Source of the DNA: a virus
Direction: 5' to 3' (one strand)
IMG/VR virus record: IMGVR_UViG_3300037042_006682
Location: 97,209-161,208 of that record
DNA length: 64,000 nucleotides
Part shown: positions 8,662-17,836 of the stretch, in pieces
Layout of the letters: each line of letters opens with the position of its first letter
Position numbering within the stretch: position 1 is the first letter of the stretch
Notes under the pieces: generated by a model
What the model saw: the letters and a program-made list of their open reading frames with translations, nothing else
Told to the model about the DNA's origin: nothing
Databases searched by the model: none
Position numbers and translations under genes: made by a program

Positions 8662-9051
8662 TTACTCGGTCGCACCCCTGAATTTCCATTCCTTCTTGGC
8701 GAAGTCGTACCACGCCTGTAGCAGCGTGATCCCATTGCTGCCGCCAGCCCTGTGCTCCCACGAAATATCCAGTGGGATCTGCATCATGTTGTGCTGGGCG
8801 CTGTAGTGCCCCGCGCCCTTCACGACCACCGTGCTCATCACGGCCTCGAAAACCCCCGCCTTGCCCACTAGCTCGTCGCTCTTCACGATCAAACGCCAGG
8901 GTCCAGCAGACGACAACTTGGCCGTCAACTTCACCGGCACCTTGAGGGCCTTGGAGACCTGCTGCTCCAGCGGCTTGATGTCGATCTCGTCCTCGCTCGG
9001 ACCCTCAGTGGCCTCGTGCAACCGCCCGATCAGGGTGCTCATCTTCTGCAT
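8662..9051 (-). CDS. Leader-bearing hypothetical protein (MQKMSTLIGRLHEA)
   Basis: GGAG RBS; globular composition. Confidence 0.8.
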   Translation of the reverse strand: MQKMSTLIGRLHEATEGPSEDEIDIKPLEQQVSKALKVPVKLTAKLSSAGPWRLIVKSDELVGKAGVFEAVMSTVVVKGAGHYSAQHNMMQIPLDISWEHRAGGSNGITLLQAWYDFAKKEWKFRGATE

Positions 9052-9119
9052 GGTATCTCCATTCTCAGGGGCGCCACCGGCGCCGCGTTTGCTACTTCGC
9101 GAGCCCCGCGCGCGCCGCC

Positions 9120-9641
9120 CTACGGCAGCACGTAAATGGTGCTGACCCCGCGCTTGCGCGCCTCCGCCTGGGCCGCCTTGACCGCCTCGGCATAGAGCAT
9201 GTTGCCGCCGGGGGCGAACGCCTCGTCCGACCGCATGTCCGGGTCCTGCGTGCCAATGCCGAACATCCAGTTGCCGCGCCCCTTCGGGGCCGCCCCGTGG
9301 TTGAAGCGGTACAGGTTGGTCTCCACGTTGACCTTGCCGGTCGCCTCTTCCAAGCGCCGGATCAGGCTCTGCATCTTCGTCATGGTGTCCTCACCCTTGA
9401 TGGCCCGCTCGTAGGCCGCATCTTTGCCATGGGCCGCCGCGTCGCGTCCATGCGCCCGGATCGCCCGCTTGCCCTTGGCCGTCTTGTGCTTCGTGCCGGG
9501 CTCGTAGTAGCCGGCCTTGTTCCCGCCCGCCTTGCAGATCGCGAAGGCCGCGCCCTTGTCCTTGCCACCCTTGGTGACGCCCGCCACGCAGTGCCGCATG
9601 TAGGCGTCCGCCCGCTCGATCAACGCTTGCATCGACTCCAT
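9120..9641 (-). CDS. Two-module leader-bearing protein with a probable internal start at 9383
   Basis: MESMQALIERA...; internal GAGGA-cacc-ATG giving MTKMQSLIRRLEEA. Confidence 0.8.
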   Translation of the reverse strand: MESMQALIERADAYMRHCVAGVTKGGKDKGAAFAICKAGGNKAGYYEPGTKHKTAKGKRAIRAHGRDAAAHGKDAAYERAIKGEDTMTKMQSLIRRLEEATGKVNVETNLYRFNHGAAPKGRGNWMFGIGTQDPDMRSDEAFAPGGNMLYAEAVKAAQAEARKRGVSTIYVLP

Positions 9642-9651
9642 GCTCGCCTAC

Positions 9652-10023
9652 TCACACGCTCGCCAGGATCCGCACGGGGACCGGGCTCGTCGGCGCCGTG
9701 GTCCCCGGCGTGCCGGGGCTCGTCACGCAGCAGCACGTGAGCCCCACCCCGAACGCCAGGCCCTCCGGCACCGCGAACGACCGCTTGACCGCCGCGGGGA
9801 CCATCAGCACGAGGTGCGGGTCCACGGACCCCGGCGCCGCGCTCACCGCGTTGTAGAACTTCACGTAGCTGGGGGCCCCCGCGTTGCCCGTGTTGTCGGC
9901 CTCCACGAGGTACAGCGTGCAGGGCGCCCCGAAGAGGTTGTTCTGCGCCGTCACGCCGAGGGCCGTGTCCACCGCGAGGCGGGTCGCGACCGGGTTCACC
10001 TGGGTACTGACTGCCATCACCAT
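9652..10023 (-). CDS. Small beta-rich protein, possible virion surface/decoration protein (no leader)
   Basis: GAGG RBS; A/T/V/G-rich sequence with YVKFYN...GLAFGVG. Confidence 0.7.
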   Translation of the reverse strand: MVMAVSTQVNPVATRLAVDTALGVTAQNNLFGAPCTLYLVEADNTGNAGAPSYVKFYNAVSAAPGSVDPHLVLMVPAAVKRSFAVPEGLAFGVGLTCCCVTSPGTPGTTAPTSPVPVRILASV

Positions 10024-10041
10024 GCTCGTCCTCGTTTCCTC

Positions 10042-10067
10042 GCGCTGCGCATGCGCATGCGCAGCGC
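10042..10067. promoter_or_regulatory. Perfect 26-bp palindrome GCGCTGCGCATGCGCATGCGCAGCGC (YR motif family)
   Basis: Intergenic, abutting a stop codon. Confidence 0.85.
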
Positions 10068-11440
10068 TACCTTACCACCGCGCCCCCCGCCCTGTCCGCA
10101 AACTCGCGCAGGAGGGCCCCGAGGCCCCCGTCAACCCCCTCGCTCTGTGCCGCCCGCCCCAGCGCCAGCGCCTCGAAGCGCGCCCGCTGCGGGCCCGTCA
10201 GCACCACGCCGTTATAGTCCCCCAGCACATAGGCCGCGAAGGTCTCCGCGAACTCCTCCACCGCCGACTCTGCCCCGTAGGCCGTCGGCGCGGGCACATA
10301 CCCCGCCTGCGGGCCCTCGCGCTCCTGGTCCGCCTTGCTGCGCGGGTCGAACCACGCCGCGAAGCGCGCCCGCGCCCCCGCCTTCATCACCTTGTACCAA
10401 TAGCGATGGCCTAGCTCGTGTACTGCGATCTCCGCCACCACATCGGGCGTCCACCACCCCTTTGGGTTCAGGACAATCTCCTCGCTCGTGTTGTAATGCC
10501 CCGCAACCTTAAAGTTCACCCCAGACTTAGCCTTCTTTAACGTAAGCGCACGCGCCACAGGACGCACAAAAATCTCCCCATACCACACGCCCCCCATCCC
10601 CCGCTGTACCAGCGCCCGCTGCGCCGCTTGCAACCCTGCATGCACAGCCCGCATTACACCTATGTTCACGCTGCGCTCCCCAACGGGCGCTCCCGCAATG
10701 TCATCGGATCGTGCCAGGGCACTCAAATCCACTTGTGCACCTGGATCTGTCACGACTTTCATGCGCCCTAGACTGTACTCTAGCGGCGGGGCCTCCGCGA
10801 CGACCGCGGCCGTGTTCGGCGAGACCTGCAACAGTTTAAGATAGGCGCGCAAGGCCGCCTGCACCTCGATGTCGACCGCCTTAACCGCATTGCCCTCGTT
10901 GCGCATCTCAAGCTGCCACGAGGTTAGCTCCCCCTCGTCCGTGGCCCCCGTTTGCGAGCGATTGCCCATGCGATCATTAAAGGCGCGCTTGGCCTCCGAA
11001 TCTGGATATTCTACATCGAACCATTGCTGCTCCCGCCCCATCATATTTTGTAGCGCCTTATGGGCTACATCCAGATGCGGCAAAACCCCCTGCTCCGGCG
11101 CCTTTGAAAGAGCATGCCCCGCCACACGGGCTGGCATCTTTAGCACGGCATAGGCTCCCGCTTTGTAAGGGCGCCGCTCCATCGCAGTAAGGGCCGCCTT
11201 CGCAACATCCTGCGGCACCGCTATCCCAGCCGCCCGCACCAAGGCATCCTTCAGCGCCGCGATCCGAGCCTGCCCCTCGGCAAACCACGCGAGCACCTGG
11301 CCGCGATCTTTAGGGTCGCGGATCTGCGCCACCGTGGCCGCGGCCTTCACCCACTGCCCCCACCACTTGCGGACCCCCGCCAGCCACGCCTTGGTGCCCG
11401 GCTCGGGGGCCGCCTCCAGCAGGGTCAGCAGCTCACGCAC
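10067..11440 (-). CDS. Leader-bearing protein with a C-terminal zincin-like metallopeptidase domain
   Basis: GTG start MRELLTLLEA; AVHELGH (HExxH) and downstream PTAYG...EEFAETF. Confidence 0.8.
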   Translation of the reverse strand: MRELLTLLEAAPEPGTKAWLAGVRKWWGQWVKAAATVAQIRDPKDRGQVLAWFAEGQARIAALKDALVRAAGIAVPQDVAKAALTAMERRPYKAGAYAVLKMPARVAGHALSKAPEQGVLPHLDVAHKALQNMMGREQQWFDVEYPDSEAKRAFNDRMGNRSQTGATDEGELTSWQLEMRNEGNAVKAVDIEVQAALRAYLKLLQVSPNTAAVVAEAPPLEYSLGRMKVVTDPGAQVDLSALARSDDIAGAPVGERSVNIGVMRAVHAGLQAAQRALVQRGMGGVWYGEIFVRPVARALTLKKAKSGVNFKVAGHYNTSEEIVLNPKGWWTPDVVAEIAVHELGHRYWYKVMKAGARARFAAWFDPRSKADQEREGPQAGYVPAPTAYGAESAVEEFAETFAAYVLGDYNGVVLTGPQRARFEALALGRAAQSEGVDGGLGALLREFADRAGGAVVR

Positions 11441-11828
11441 GGCGCACCTTCGCAGCCAGCGTACCGAGGGCGACCCCCCAGTCCGTCGCCGCGCTCGCCG
11501 CGCCCCGCAACCGCTGGTCCGCCGCCCGCACCGCGGCATCCTTCATCTGGTCCCCCGGCCAGAACAGCCCCATGCGGCCCAGCTCATAGCTCGTGGCTAG
11601 GGACCACACCTTCGCATCGTGCTTCTTCTTGACCAGGAGCACCTCGCGGTCAAAGCCCTCGACCCGCGCGTAGGCCCCCCAGTAGGAGCGCGCGGTCCCC
11701 GGCCGATCGCGCCCCATGATCCAGCCCTCCCACGTGATCGTCACGGGGCGCTTCGCCCCCGCCACCACCACGCGGACCGCGCCCGTGCCCTCGACCAGCG
11801 CCCGTAGGCGTGCGCTCAAGCAGGTCAT
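11433..11828 (-). CDS. Leader-bearing hypothetical protein (MTCLSARLRALVEG)
   Basis: GAGGAGG RBS. Confidence 0.75.
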   Translation of the reverse strand: MTCLSARLRALVEGTGAVRVVVAGAKRPVTITWEGWIMGRDRPGTARSYWGAYARVEGFDREVLLVKKKHDAKVWSLATSYELGRMGLFWPGDQMKDAAVRAADQRLRGAASAATDWGVALGTLAAKVRRA

Positions 11829-11838
11829 CGCGCCCTCC

Positions 11839-12696
11839 TCAGTCCATCGTGCTGAAGATGTGGTACGCCAGCTTCGCATCGGACAGCGCCTTGTACAGCT
11901 CGCGGAACGTCATGCGCTTGATGTCGCTGAGGTTCGCCTGCACCCACAGGTAAAAGGCCTTGATCGCCGTCTTCTTTGCCCCATAGGTCGGCGGCATGAT
12001 GATCGGCGTGTCGTCCCCCCCGTGGCCCGGCCGCGGCTTCTCCGACACGGAGAAGTCCGTCAGGGAGGCCTCCAGCGTGAAGGTCGGCGTCTCGACCTTG
12101 ATCTGCGCCCCCGCGGCGCCCTGCGCGGGCTCCACATCGACCCCGCGCGACGACCCCTCGGTGAACTTGACGCGGTCCGCATACGCGGCCTTCCCACTCT
12201 CGGCATCCCGCACCTGCGCCGCCGTCTCGCGCGCGATCTGCACGGCCTGCGCGTACCCCTTGGCCTTCGCAATCGCCTTCAAGCCAGCCTCTAGGATCGC
12301 CACCGCCTTGGCGCTAGCGAAGCCGTCGTTGCGCGGGTCGAACCCGCTGAGGGTGAACGAGGACACCGTCTTGCCGCGCTTGCCCGCGTTGGCGAGGTCC
12401 AGGACATGCAGGTTCGTCATGAAGCGGTGCAGGCGCATGCCGTTGCGCTCCACCGTCTGCGCCATGGGCACCCCCGCATTCTGGTCCACATAGAAGCGCT
12501 CGGGCGCCTCCGCCTTGGGCAGCGCCTGCTGCGTCGCCCCCTGGATCACCGCCGCCATGCCCTGCGCGGGGCTCGCCGGGGGCGCCGGGGGCGTCGCCAC
12601 CGTCTGCCCCTTGGGGTCCTTCCCGCCGGGCAGCACGCGCAGGGTCACGCCCGTCTTCGTCGTCGTCTCCACCCGCTCCAATAGCTGCCGCATCAT
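11839..12696 (-). CDS. Leader-bearing protein (MMRQLLERVE), probable paralog of the C-terminal domain of 12708-13793
   Basis: AAGGAG RBS; shared GKRxxxV and C-terminal helical pattern. Confidence 0.8.
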   Translation of the reverse strand: MMRQLLERVETTTKTGVTLRVLPGGKDPKGQTVATPPAPPASPAQGMAAVIQGATQQALPKAEAPERFYVDQNAGVPMAQTVERNGMRLHRFMTNLHVLDLANAGKRGKTVSSFTLSGFDPRNDGFASAKAVAILEAGLKAIAKAKGYAQAVQIARETAAQVRDAESGKAAYADRVKFTEGSSRGVDVEPAQGAAGAQIKVETPTFTLEASLTDFSVSEKPRPGHGGDDTPIIMPPTYGAKKTAIKAFYLWVQANLSDIKRMTFRELYKALSDAKLAYHIFSTMD

Positions 12697-12707
12697 GAGT
12701 CTGCTCC

Positions 12708-13793
12708 TTAGCTCCACGTCGAAGACGTGCCTTTACGGGCAATTTTATGATCGTCCAACCAGGCCCCTAAGTCCTTGTAGGCCACGCCCTTGAGGGCTGC
12801 GGGCTGCGCCTGCAGCAGCTTGAACAGCTTGGCCGCGGCACTCGGCCCCTTCTCCACGGTCCCCGTGTAGTAGGGGCTGCTCTGCTGGAAGTCGCTGTTC
12901 GGCGAGTAGGCGCGGAAGGTCTTCCACGTCACCTTGAGCGCGAAGTCCTTGCCGTCCACGACCAGCTCCGTGTCCCCGCCCTCGGGGGCCACGCGGCCCG
13001 CCGGCACGGCCTGTTCCCGCCAGCTCCCCTGCTGCTGCAGCCAGTCCGGCCGGTGTGCCCCCTCCCACTTCGCGATGACCGCGCCCTGCGCCTCGGCCAC
13101 CGCCTTCCCGACCTTGTCCTTGATCGCGTCGAAGCCGTCGCTGTCCGCGAGTTTGGCAAAATGCAGGATGTTCTGCGGGAGCATCGCGTCCCAGGCGCGC
13201 GCCATCTGCCCCCCGCGGTACCCCGTCCCCAGCTCGGCCACGCGCAGCTGGCGCTTCCCCTTCACGGGCAGCTCCTCCAGCCGGTAGCTCTCCCCGTAGT
13301 AGCCGATGGTGAGCCGCGCTCCCGCCCCTGTGAATACCATGGTGTCGTTGCTGCGCTTCTCCAGCTTCTCCAGCAGCACGCGCAGCGAGGCCTGCTGCGC
13401 CCCCTCGCTCCGCTCGCCCTGGCCCAGCGCACGGGAGGCCGCATCCTTCGGCGCGTACCCGTCCTTCTGCGCGGAGGCATACGCCTTCTGGAGGCGCTCC
13501 CACCACCCCGCCACGGCCTGCCCCGCTGCTGCCTCCGACTTAAAGGCCTGCCCCTGGAACATCGCCTCCCAGGTCGGCAGCCCCTTGCGATCGACACGCC
13601 ACGCCGTGCCCTCGTTGTTATCCTGAATGATCCGCACGGCTACGTCCACGGGGCCCACCTTGAAGGTCCGCCCGTAGGCCATCCGCTTGCCATCCGGGCT
13701 CGGGTGCTCCTCCCATCCCTTGAGGTAGAGCGCCTTCGCCTCCTTGTGTATGTCAAACTTCTCCAACAGGGTGTGTATCGTCGGGATAGTCAT
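12708..13793 (-). CDS. Two-domain leader-bearing protein (MTIPTIHTLLEK; internal SLRVLLEKLE)
   Basis: TGATG overlap; GGAGG RBS. Confidence 0.8.
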   Translation of the reverse strand: MTIPTIHTLLEKFDIHKEAKALYLKGWEEHPSPDGKRMAYGRTFKVGPVDVAVRIIQDNNEGTAWRVDRKGLPTWEAMFQGQAFKSEAAAGQAVAGWWERLQKAYASAQKDGYAPKDAASRALGQGERSEGAQQASLRVLLEKLEKRSNDTMVFTGAGARLTIGYYGESYRLEELPVKGKRQLRVAELGTGYRGGQMARAWDAMLPQNILHFAKLADSDGFDAIKDKVGKAVAEAQGAVIAKWEGAHRPDWLQQQGSWREQAVPAGRVAPEGGDTELVVDGKDFALKVTWKTFRAYSPNSDFQQSSPYYTGTVEKGPSAAAKLFKLLQAQPAALKGVAYKDLGAWLDDHKIARKGTSSTWS

Positions 13794-15397
13794 CACTTGC
13801 CTCCGTAGACCGCGTGGTCCGCCGCCTTGACGAGCAGCTTGCAAATCGCCTGATACTTGGGGTCGTGACCGCTCGATGGAATCGCGCGGCTCTCCGGGGC
13901 CACCTTCACCATCCCGCTCAGCATCCGCCCGAGGTACATCACGATCTCGGGATGCACCTTCTGCAGCTTCCCTACCGCCTCGCGTATCCAGTCGAGGTTG
14001 ACCTCCTCAGTCATCCCCCCCACCGCCTCGGTGAAGCCCTTGGGGTCCTTCAGGGCGATGTCGACCGTGCGCCCCATGCGCTGCTGCACCACCAGGAAGC
14101 GGTCCCCCTCGACCTCCTTGGCCACCGCCAGGAGGTAGTTCTGGTTCAGCGCCCGCTTGCCGTCCGCCGCCGCCATCAGGGCATCGTTCTTCTTCGCCGA
14201 CTGCCCGCTCGTCGTCGCGCTCGGGCTCGCCAGCAGCACGGCCTCCGCGGCCTGCGGGACCCCGCTGATCAGCTGCCAGCCCTTGCGCCCCTTCCAGAGC
14301 GTCACGAAGGCCTGGGAGTCCGCCGCCGGCCCGTGGTCCTTATTCACAAAGACCAACCACTCCTTGCTCGTGCCCTCCGCCCACGGGGCCATCCCCGCCC
14401 GGCGGAAGGCCGCCTTGGCCGCCCCCTCCAGCGTCCGCTCGCTGGGCGCGCGGTCCCCCGCCGCCTCGCCCATGGCCCCCGCCTTCTTGCGCGCGATCGT
14501 CCCGCACAAGGCCTTGGGATCGCTCACGCCCCCCTTGGCCTTCATGTACTTCACGCAGTTCCCAAACTTCTCCCCCTTGCGCCCCTTGAAGGCCCCCGTC
14601 TTCGGGTTGATGTACTTCGCGCTGAGCTGCTGCTGCTTCGACGCCTTCTTCTTCTTGGCCGCCGCCTCCATCAACGCCGCGACCCAGTGCCCCACGGCCT
14701 CGCTGGCCTCCTCGGCGTCCATCTCCTCGTCGTCGTCCTCGGGCCCCTCGCAGTCCTCGCAGGCCGCCCCGTCGCTCTCATCCCGCGCCTCGCAGGCCCG
14801 CGGCTCGCCCGTCACCGGGCACACACCCTCGTCGCCCATGTCCTCGCCCTCGTCCCCACCGTCCTCCTCGTCCTCGTCGTCCTCCACCGCCTCAAACCTC
14901 TTCGCCGCCGGCGCGAAGGCCTGCGTCGTGCTGAAGTACCGCTGCAGGATGAGATCCGCCATCTCGCGCCCGCTGATCCGCACCATGAGCAGGTACCAGT
15001 AGATCGGCATGTTCTCGGGCTGCGCCCGCATGAGCCGCGCCGCCTTCGGGGCCACCTTCGCGATGTTGCGCAGCGCCAGCTTGAACGCCTCGCGCGGCCG
15101 GTTCGCCAGCACGTCCTGCGCGTCCGCCATGTTGTCCGCCCCCAGCAGCGCGGGGAGGTCCTCGCGCGGGATCGCCTTCAGGAGCGCGCGCTGGTTGTCA
15201 AAGATCATGTTGGAGAGGTCCAGCTTCCCCTGGTCATCCTTCCACGCCGCCGGCGCGTCCTTCTCCCACATCCTGAGGATCTTGCTGCTCACCTTGAAGG
15301 CCCCCGGCCGCACCGGGGTGTCCTCGCCCGCCATCGCCATCGCCGCGGGGCCCGTCTGGCGCTCCATCAATGATCCCAACCGCTCGCTCAACCGCAT
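13793..15397 (-). CDS. Multi-module leader-bearing protein with acidic linker and basic Cys motif
   Basis: MRLSERLGSLMER; D/E-rich tract; AALMEA; FGNCV...ALC. Confidence 0.8.
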   Translation of the reverse strand: MRLSERLGSLMERQTGPAAMAMAGEDTPVRPGAFKVSSKILRMWEKDAPAAWKDDQGKLDLSNMIFDNQRALLKAIPREDLPALLGADNMADAQDVLANRPREAFKLALRNIAKVAPKAARLMRAQPENMPIYWYLLMVRISGREMADLILQRYFSTTQAFAPAAKRFEAVEDDEDEEDGGDEGEDMGDEGVCPVTGEPRACEARDESDGAACEDCEGPEDDDEEMDAEEASEAVGHWVAALMEAAAKKKKASKQQQLSAKYINPKTGAFKGRKGEKFGNCVKYMKAKGGVSDPKALCGTIARKKAGAMGEAAGDRAPSERTLEGAAKAAFRRAGMAPWAEGTSKEWLVFVNKDHGPAADSQAFVTLWKGRKGWQLISGVPQAAEAVLLASPSATTSGQSAKKNDALMAAADGKRALNQNYLLAVAKEVEGDRFLVVQQRMGRTVDIALKDPKGFTEAVGGMTEEVNLDWIREAVGKLQKVHPEIVMYLGRMLSGMVKVAPESRAIPSSGHDPKYQAICKLLVKAADHAVYGGK

Positions 15398-15423
15398 CGC
15401 TCGTCCCTCATTCCCTTGGTTAT

Positions 15424-15441
15424 CGCGCATGCGCATGCGCG
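15424..15441. promoter_or_regulatory. YR palindrome CGCGCATGCGCATGCGCG
   Basis: Intergenic between the stop at 15448 and the start at 15397. Confidence 0.8.
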
Positions 15442-15447
15442 GCTCGC

Positions 15448-16227
15448 TCATCTCTCGCCCGGCAGCGCGAAGTCCACCGGCACGCGCGCCGCCCGCAGGC
15501 CCGCCCGCAGCGCCGCGAGGTCCATCCCCGGCAGCGCCGCCGCGTGCTCGTCCACCCAGCGCGCGAACATCGTCCCCACCGCGTACTTGCCCGCGGCCCC
15601 CGTGCGGATCGCCACGTCCCGGCCATCCCACATGCGCAGGCTCACGGCTGGCCAGCTGTAGGACAGCACGAAGTCCTTCCCCCGCAGCTCCTCGCTGCTA
15701 TGCGCCAGCCCCACGGGCCGCCGCTGGCTCTCCTCAAAGGGCGTCCGCAGCGTGGCCGCCCCGTCGATCAGGAACCGCTCGGGGCCCTGGAGCCCGCGGT
15801 TCGCGGCCTCCGCCGCCGCCTGCACCCGCGCCCAGACGCGCGGCCACCCCGCCTCGCCGTAGGCCGCCCGCAGCGCCGCCCGGAAGCCCTCCACCGCCGC
15901 CTCGACCATGGCCCCCGCGCGCCCCGCCTCGACCCGCTGGGCATCGCGCGCCGCCCACTGCGCCTTCGTCAGCTTGCGCCCCCGCGGCGGGGCCGCCATG
16001 GGCACCCGCGGCGTCGCCGGCACGCTCACGCGCCCCACGTGCCCCAGCCCCGTGAGGTCCACCACGAGCACATCCACGAGGTCGCGCGGATACCGCGTGC
16101 CCTGCGCGCAGAACACCCGCACGTCGTCGACCGCCCAGCCCAGCTCGGCGTTCCACACGCTCTCCACGCTCGCGTTGTACCGGGTCCCCCGCTCGATCGC
16201 TTCCAGCAGTTGTCGCATCGCAGCCAC
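15448..16227 (-). CDS. Leader-bearing hypothetical protein (MAAMRQLLEAIE)
   Basis: GGAGG RBS; GTG start. Confidence 0.75.
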   Translation of the reverse strand: MAAMRQLLEAIERGTRYNASVESVWNAELGWAVDDVRVFCAQGTRYPRDLVDVLVVDLTGLGHVGRVSVPATPRVPMAAPPRGRKLTKAQWAARDAQRVEAGRAGAMVEAAVEGFRAALRAAYGEAGWPRVWARVQAAAEAANRGLQGPERFLIDGAATLRTPFEESQRRPVGLAHSSEELRGKDFVLSYSWPAVSLRMWDGRDVAIRTGAAGKYAVGTMFARWVDEHAAALPGMDLAALRAGLRAARVPVDFALPGER

Positions 16228-16275
16228 GTCTACCCTCCGGCAAGCGCGCGCCCCCTCTCGTCTGCTCGCTGATCG

Positions 16276-16304
16276 ACTCTACCGACCCGCCCGCCCCCTG
16301 CCAA
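16276..16304 (-). promoter_or_regulatory. Possible sigma70-type promoter TTGGCA-N17-TAGAGT
   Basis: 17-bp spacer; intergenic, upstream of the start at 16227. Confidence 0.5.
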
Positions 16305-16424
16305 GAAATCCCCACGCCCCGCTCGCGCTTTACCCCGCCGCGAGCCACGCGAGCACCGCCAGGACGAGCCCCGCCACGGCCAGCCCGATGAGCGCCGCGA
16401 GGGCCACGTCGCGCCCGCCCGGCC

Positions 16425-16739
16425 CTACGCCCACGCCGGCCCCACCGGGGGCTGCGAGATCGGCCCCTCGGCCGCCCCCGTCGCGCGCAGGGCCTCCGTG
16501 AGGGCCGCCACGCACAGCGCCACGTGCCGCCGCGTCGCCGCCGCATCCCGCCCCAGGCCCCCGGCCTCCGCGAGCTTCGCCAGCAGCGCCGCCGCATTGC
16601 GCACCGCCGCCCAGGCGTCCGCCGCCTCCGCGGGGTCCCCGCCCCGCTTGCCGTCCAGCAGCAGCCCCAGCGCCGCGCGCATCAGCGCGTTCGCCTCGGC
16701 CTCCGCCAGCGCCTCCATCCTCTCGATGAGCTGTTTCAT
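16425..16739 (-). CDS. Leader-bearing helical protein (MKQLIERMEALAE)
   Basis: Leader motif; tight gene packing. Confidence 0.7.
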   Translation of the reverse strand: MKQLIERMEALAEAEANALMRAALGLLLDGKRGGDPAEAADAWAAVRNAAALLAKLAEAGGLGRDAAATRRHVALCVAALTEALRATGAAEGPISQPPVGPAWA

Positions 16740-16749
16740 GGCCCCCAGC

Positions 16750-17055
16750 CTACCGCCGCGCGGGCCGCCCCGCAAGCTCGTCCCCCGCCCCCGATGGCAC
16801 GAGCCCCGCCGCCTCCGCCTTCTCCTGCAGCGCCTTGAGCGCGAACGCAAACAGCTCCGCCGGGGGATGTCCATAGGCCCGCCCCAGGGCCCGCGCGCGC
16901 TCCCAGGTGTCCCTCGTCACGAGCATCATCACCAGGTCGTCGTGCTGGAGGGCCTCATCCGGCCGCGGGTCGAGCTTGCCATCCTCGGCCCCCGCGATCT
17001 CCCGCTGCGGCCCCCCGCGCGGCCCCCCGCGCGCCTGTGCCCGCATCACCATCAA
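16750..17055 (-). CDS. Small hypothetical protein, possibly ribbon-helix-helix-like
   Basis: Overlaps the upstream stop; VMMLVTRDTWERARALG...PAELFAFAL strand-helix-helix pattern. Confidence 0.55.
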   Translation of the reverse strand: MMVMRAQARGGPRGGPQREIAGAEDGKLDPRPDEALQHDDLVMMLVTRDTWERARALGRAYGHPPAELFAFALKALQEKAEAAGLVPSGAGDELAGRPARR

Positions 17056-17810
17056 ATGGCCGTCTGGTCGAGCTTGCCAACGCCGTGCCCCGCCCCGTCC
17101 CAGGTCTTGTCGTCAAACTTGTACGGCGCCGCCCCGCTCCCCACCGCATCCTTCTGCCGCCCCACGTAGGCCACGCCCTTCATGGGCTGCTGCACCACCT
17201 GCCGGAACGTCAGGGCCACCGTGGCGAGCCGTGGCACGCCGTTCGCGAAGCAGAGGCTGTACGTCACGTCGCAGCCCGTCATCACCGCGAAGATCGCATC
17301 CCCGCCCTTCTCGTTCCAGTTAAGCCCCGGCGCGTGCAGGATCGCGATCGGCGGGGGGTACGCCTCCACGTGCGTCTCCCCCTGCGTGTACAGCGGGTAA
17401 CAGAACGCCCGCAGGTAGCGGATGGCCCCCGCGACGTCCGCGTTCCACCCCGGCGCGTCCGCCCCCTTCGTCATCCCAAAGGGGTCGAAGAGCTTCTCCA
17501 TCACCGTGCGGTCGCCCTCCGGCTTCATGAGCCGGCTCATGGTGACCTCGAACGAGATCGTGCGCCCCCCGTTGCTGCCCCACGTCGCGAGCGCGTGCGA
17601 GGCCCCAGGGATCTCGCTGAAGTTCCAGCCGATCTCGATCGTGTCGGAGATGCTCTCAGGCCAGTACTGGAAGGCGCGCTGCGGGAGCGCGGGCTTCCCC
17701 GCGTCCGCCGCCAGCGCGTCGATCCCGCACATGCTCATCCACGCCGGCTTCTCGCCGGTGGGCCCGTCCATGATAATGCTGGCGATGCCGCCGAAGACCC
17801 CGAGGGCCAT
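17052..17810 (-). CDS. Tail tube initiator / contractile-system tube-like baseplate protein
   Basis: FQYWPESISD..W..IPGASH..GRTISF..PPI..CDVTY..FxNGxPRxATVxLTF. Confidence 0.75.
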   Translation of the reverse strand: MALGVFGGIASIIMDGPTGEKPAWMSMCGIDALAADAGKPALPQRAFQYWPESISDTIEIGWNFSEIPGASHALATWGSNGGRTISFEVTMSRLMKPEGDRTVMEKLFDPFGMTKGADAPGWNADVAGAIRYLRAFCYPLYTQGETHVEAYPPPIAILHAPGLNWNEKGGDAIFAVMTGCDVTYSLCFANGVPRLATVALTFRQVVQQPMKGVAYVGRQKDAVGSGAAPYKFDDKTWDGAGHGVGKLDQTAI

Positions 17811-17836
17811 GGCCTACCTCCCGCGGCGCCCCGCGC

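Noticed and set aside
16330-16422. Short hydrophobic ORF as a holin or spanin
   Set aside because: Start and RBS are unclear and there is no endolysin nearby
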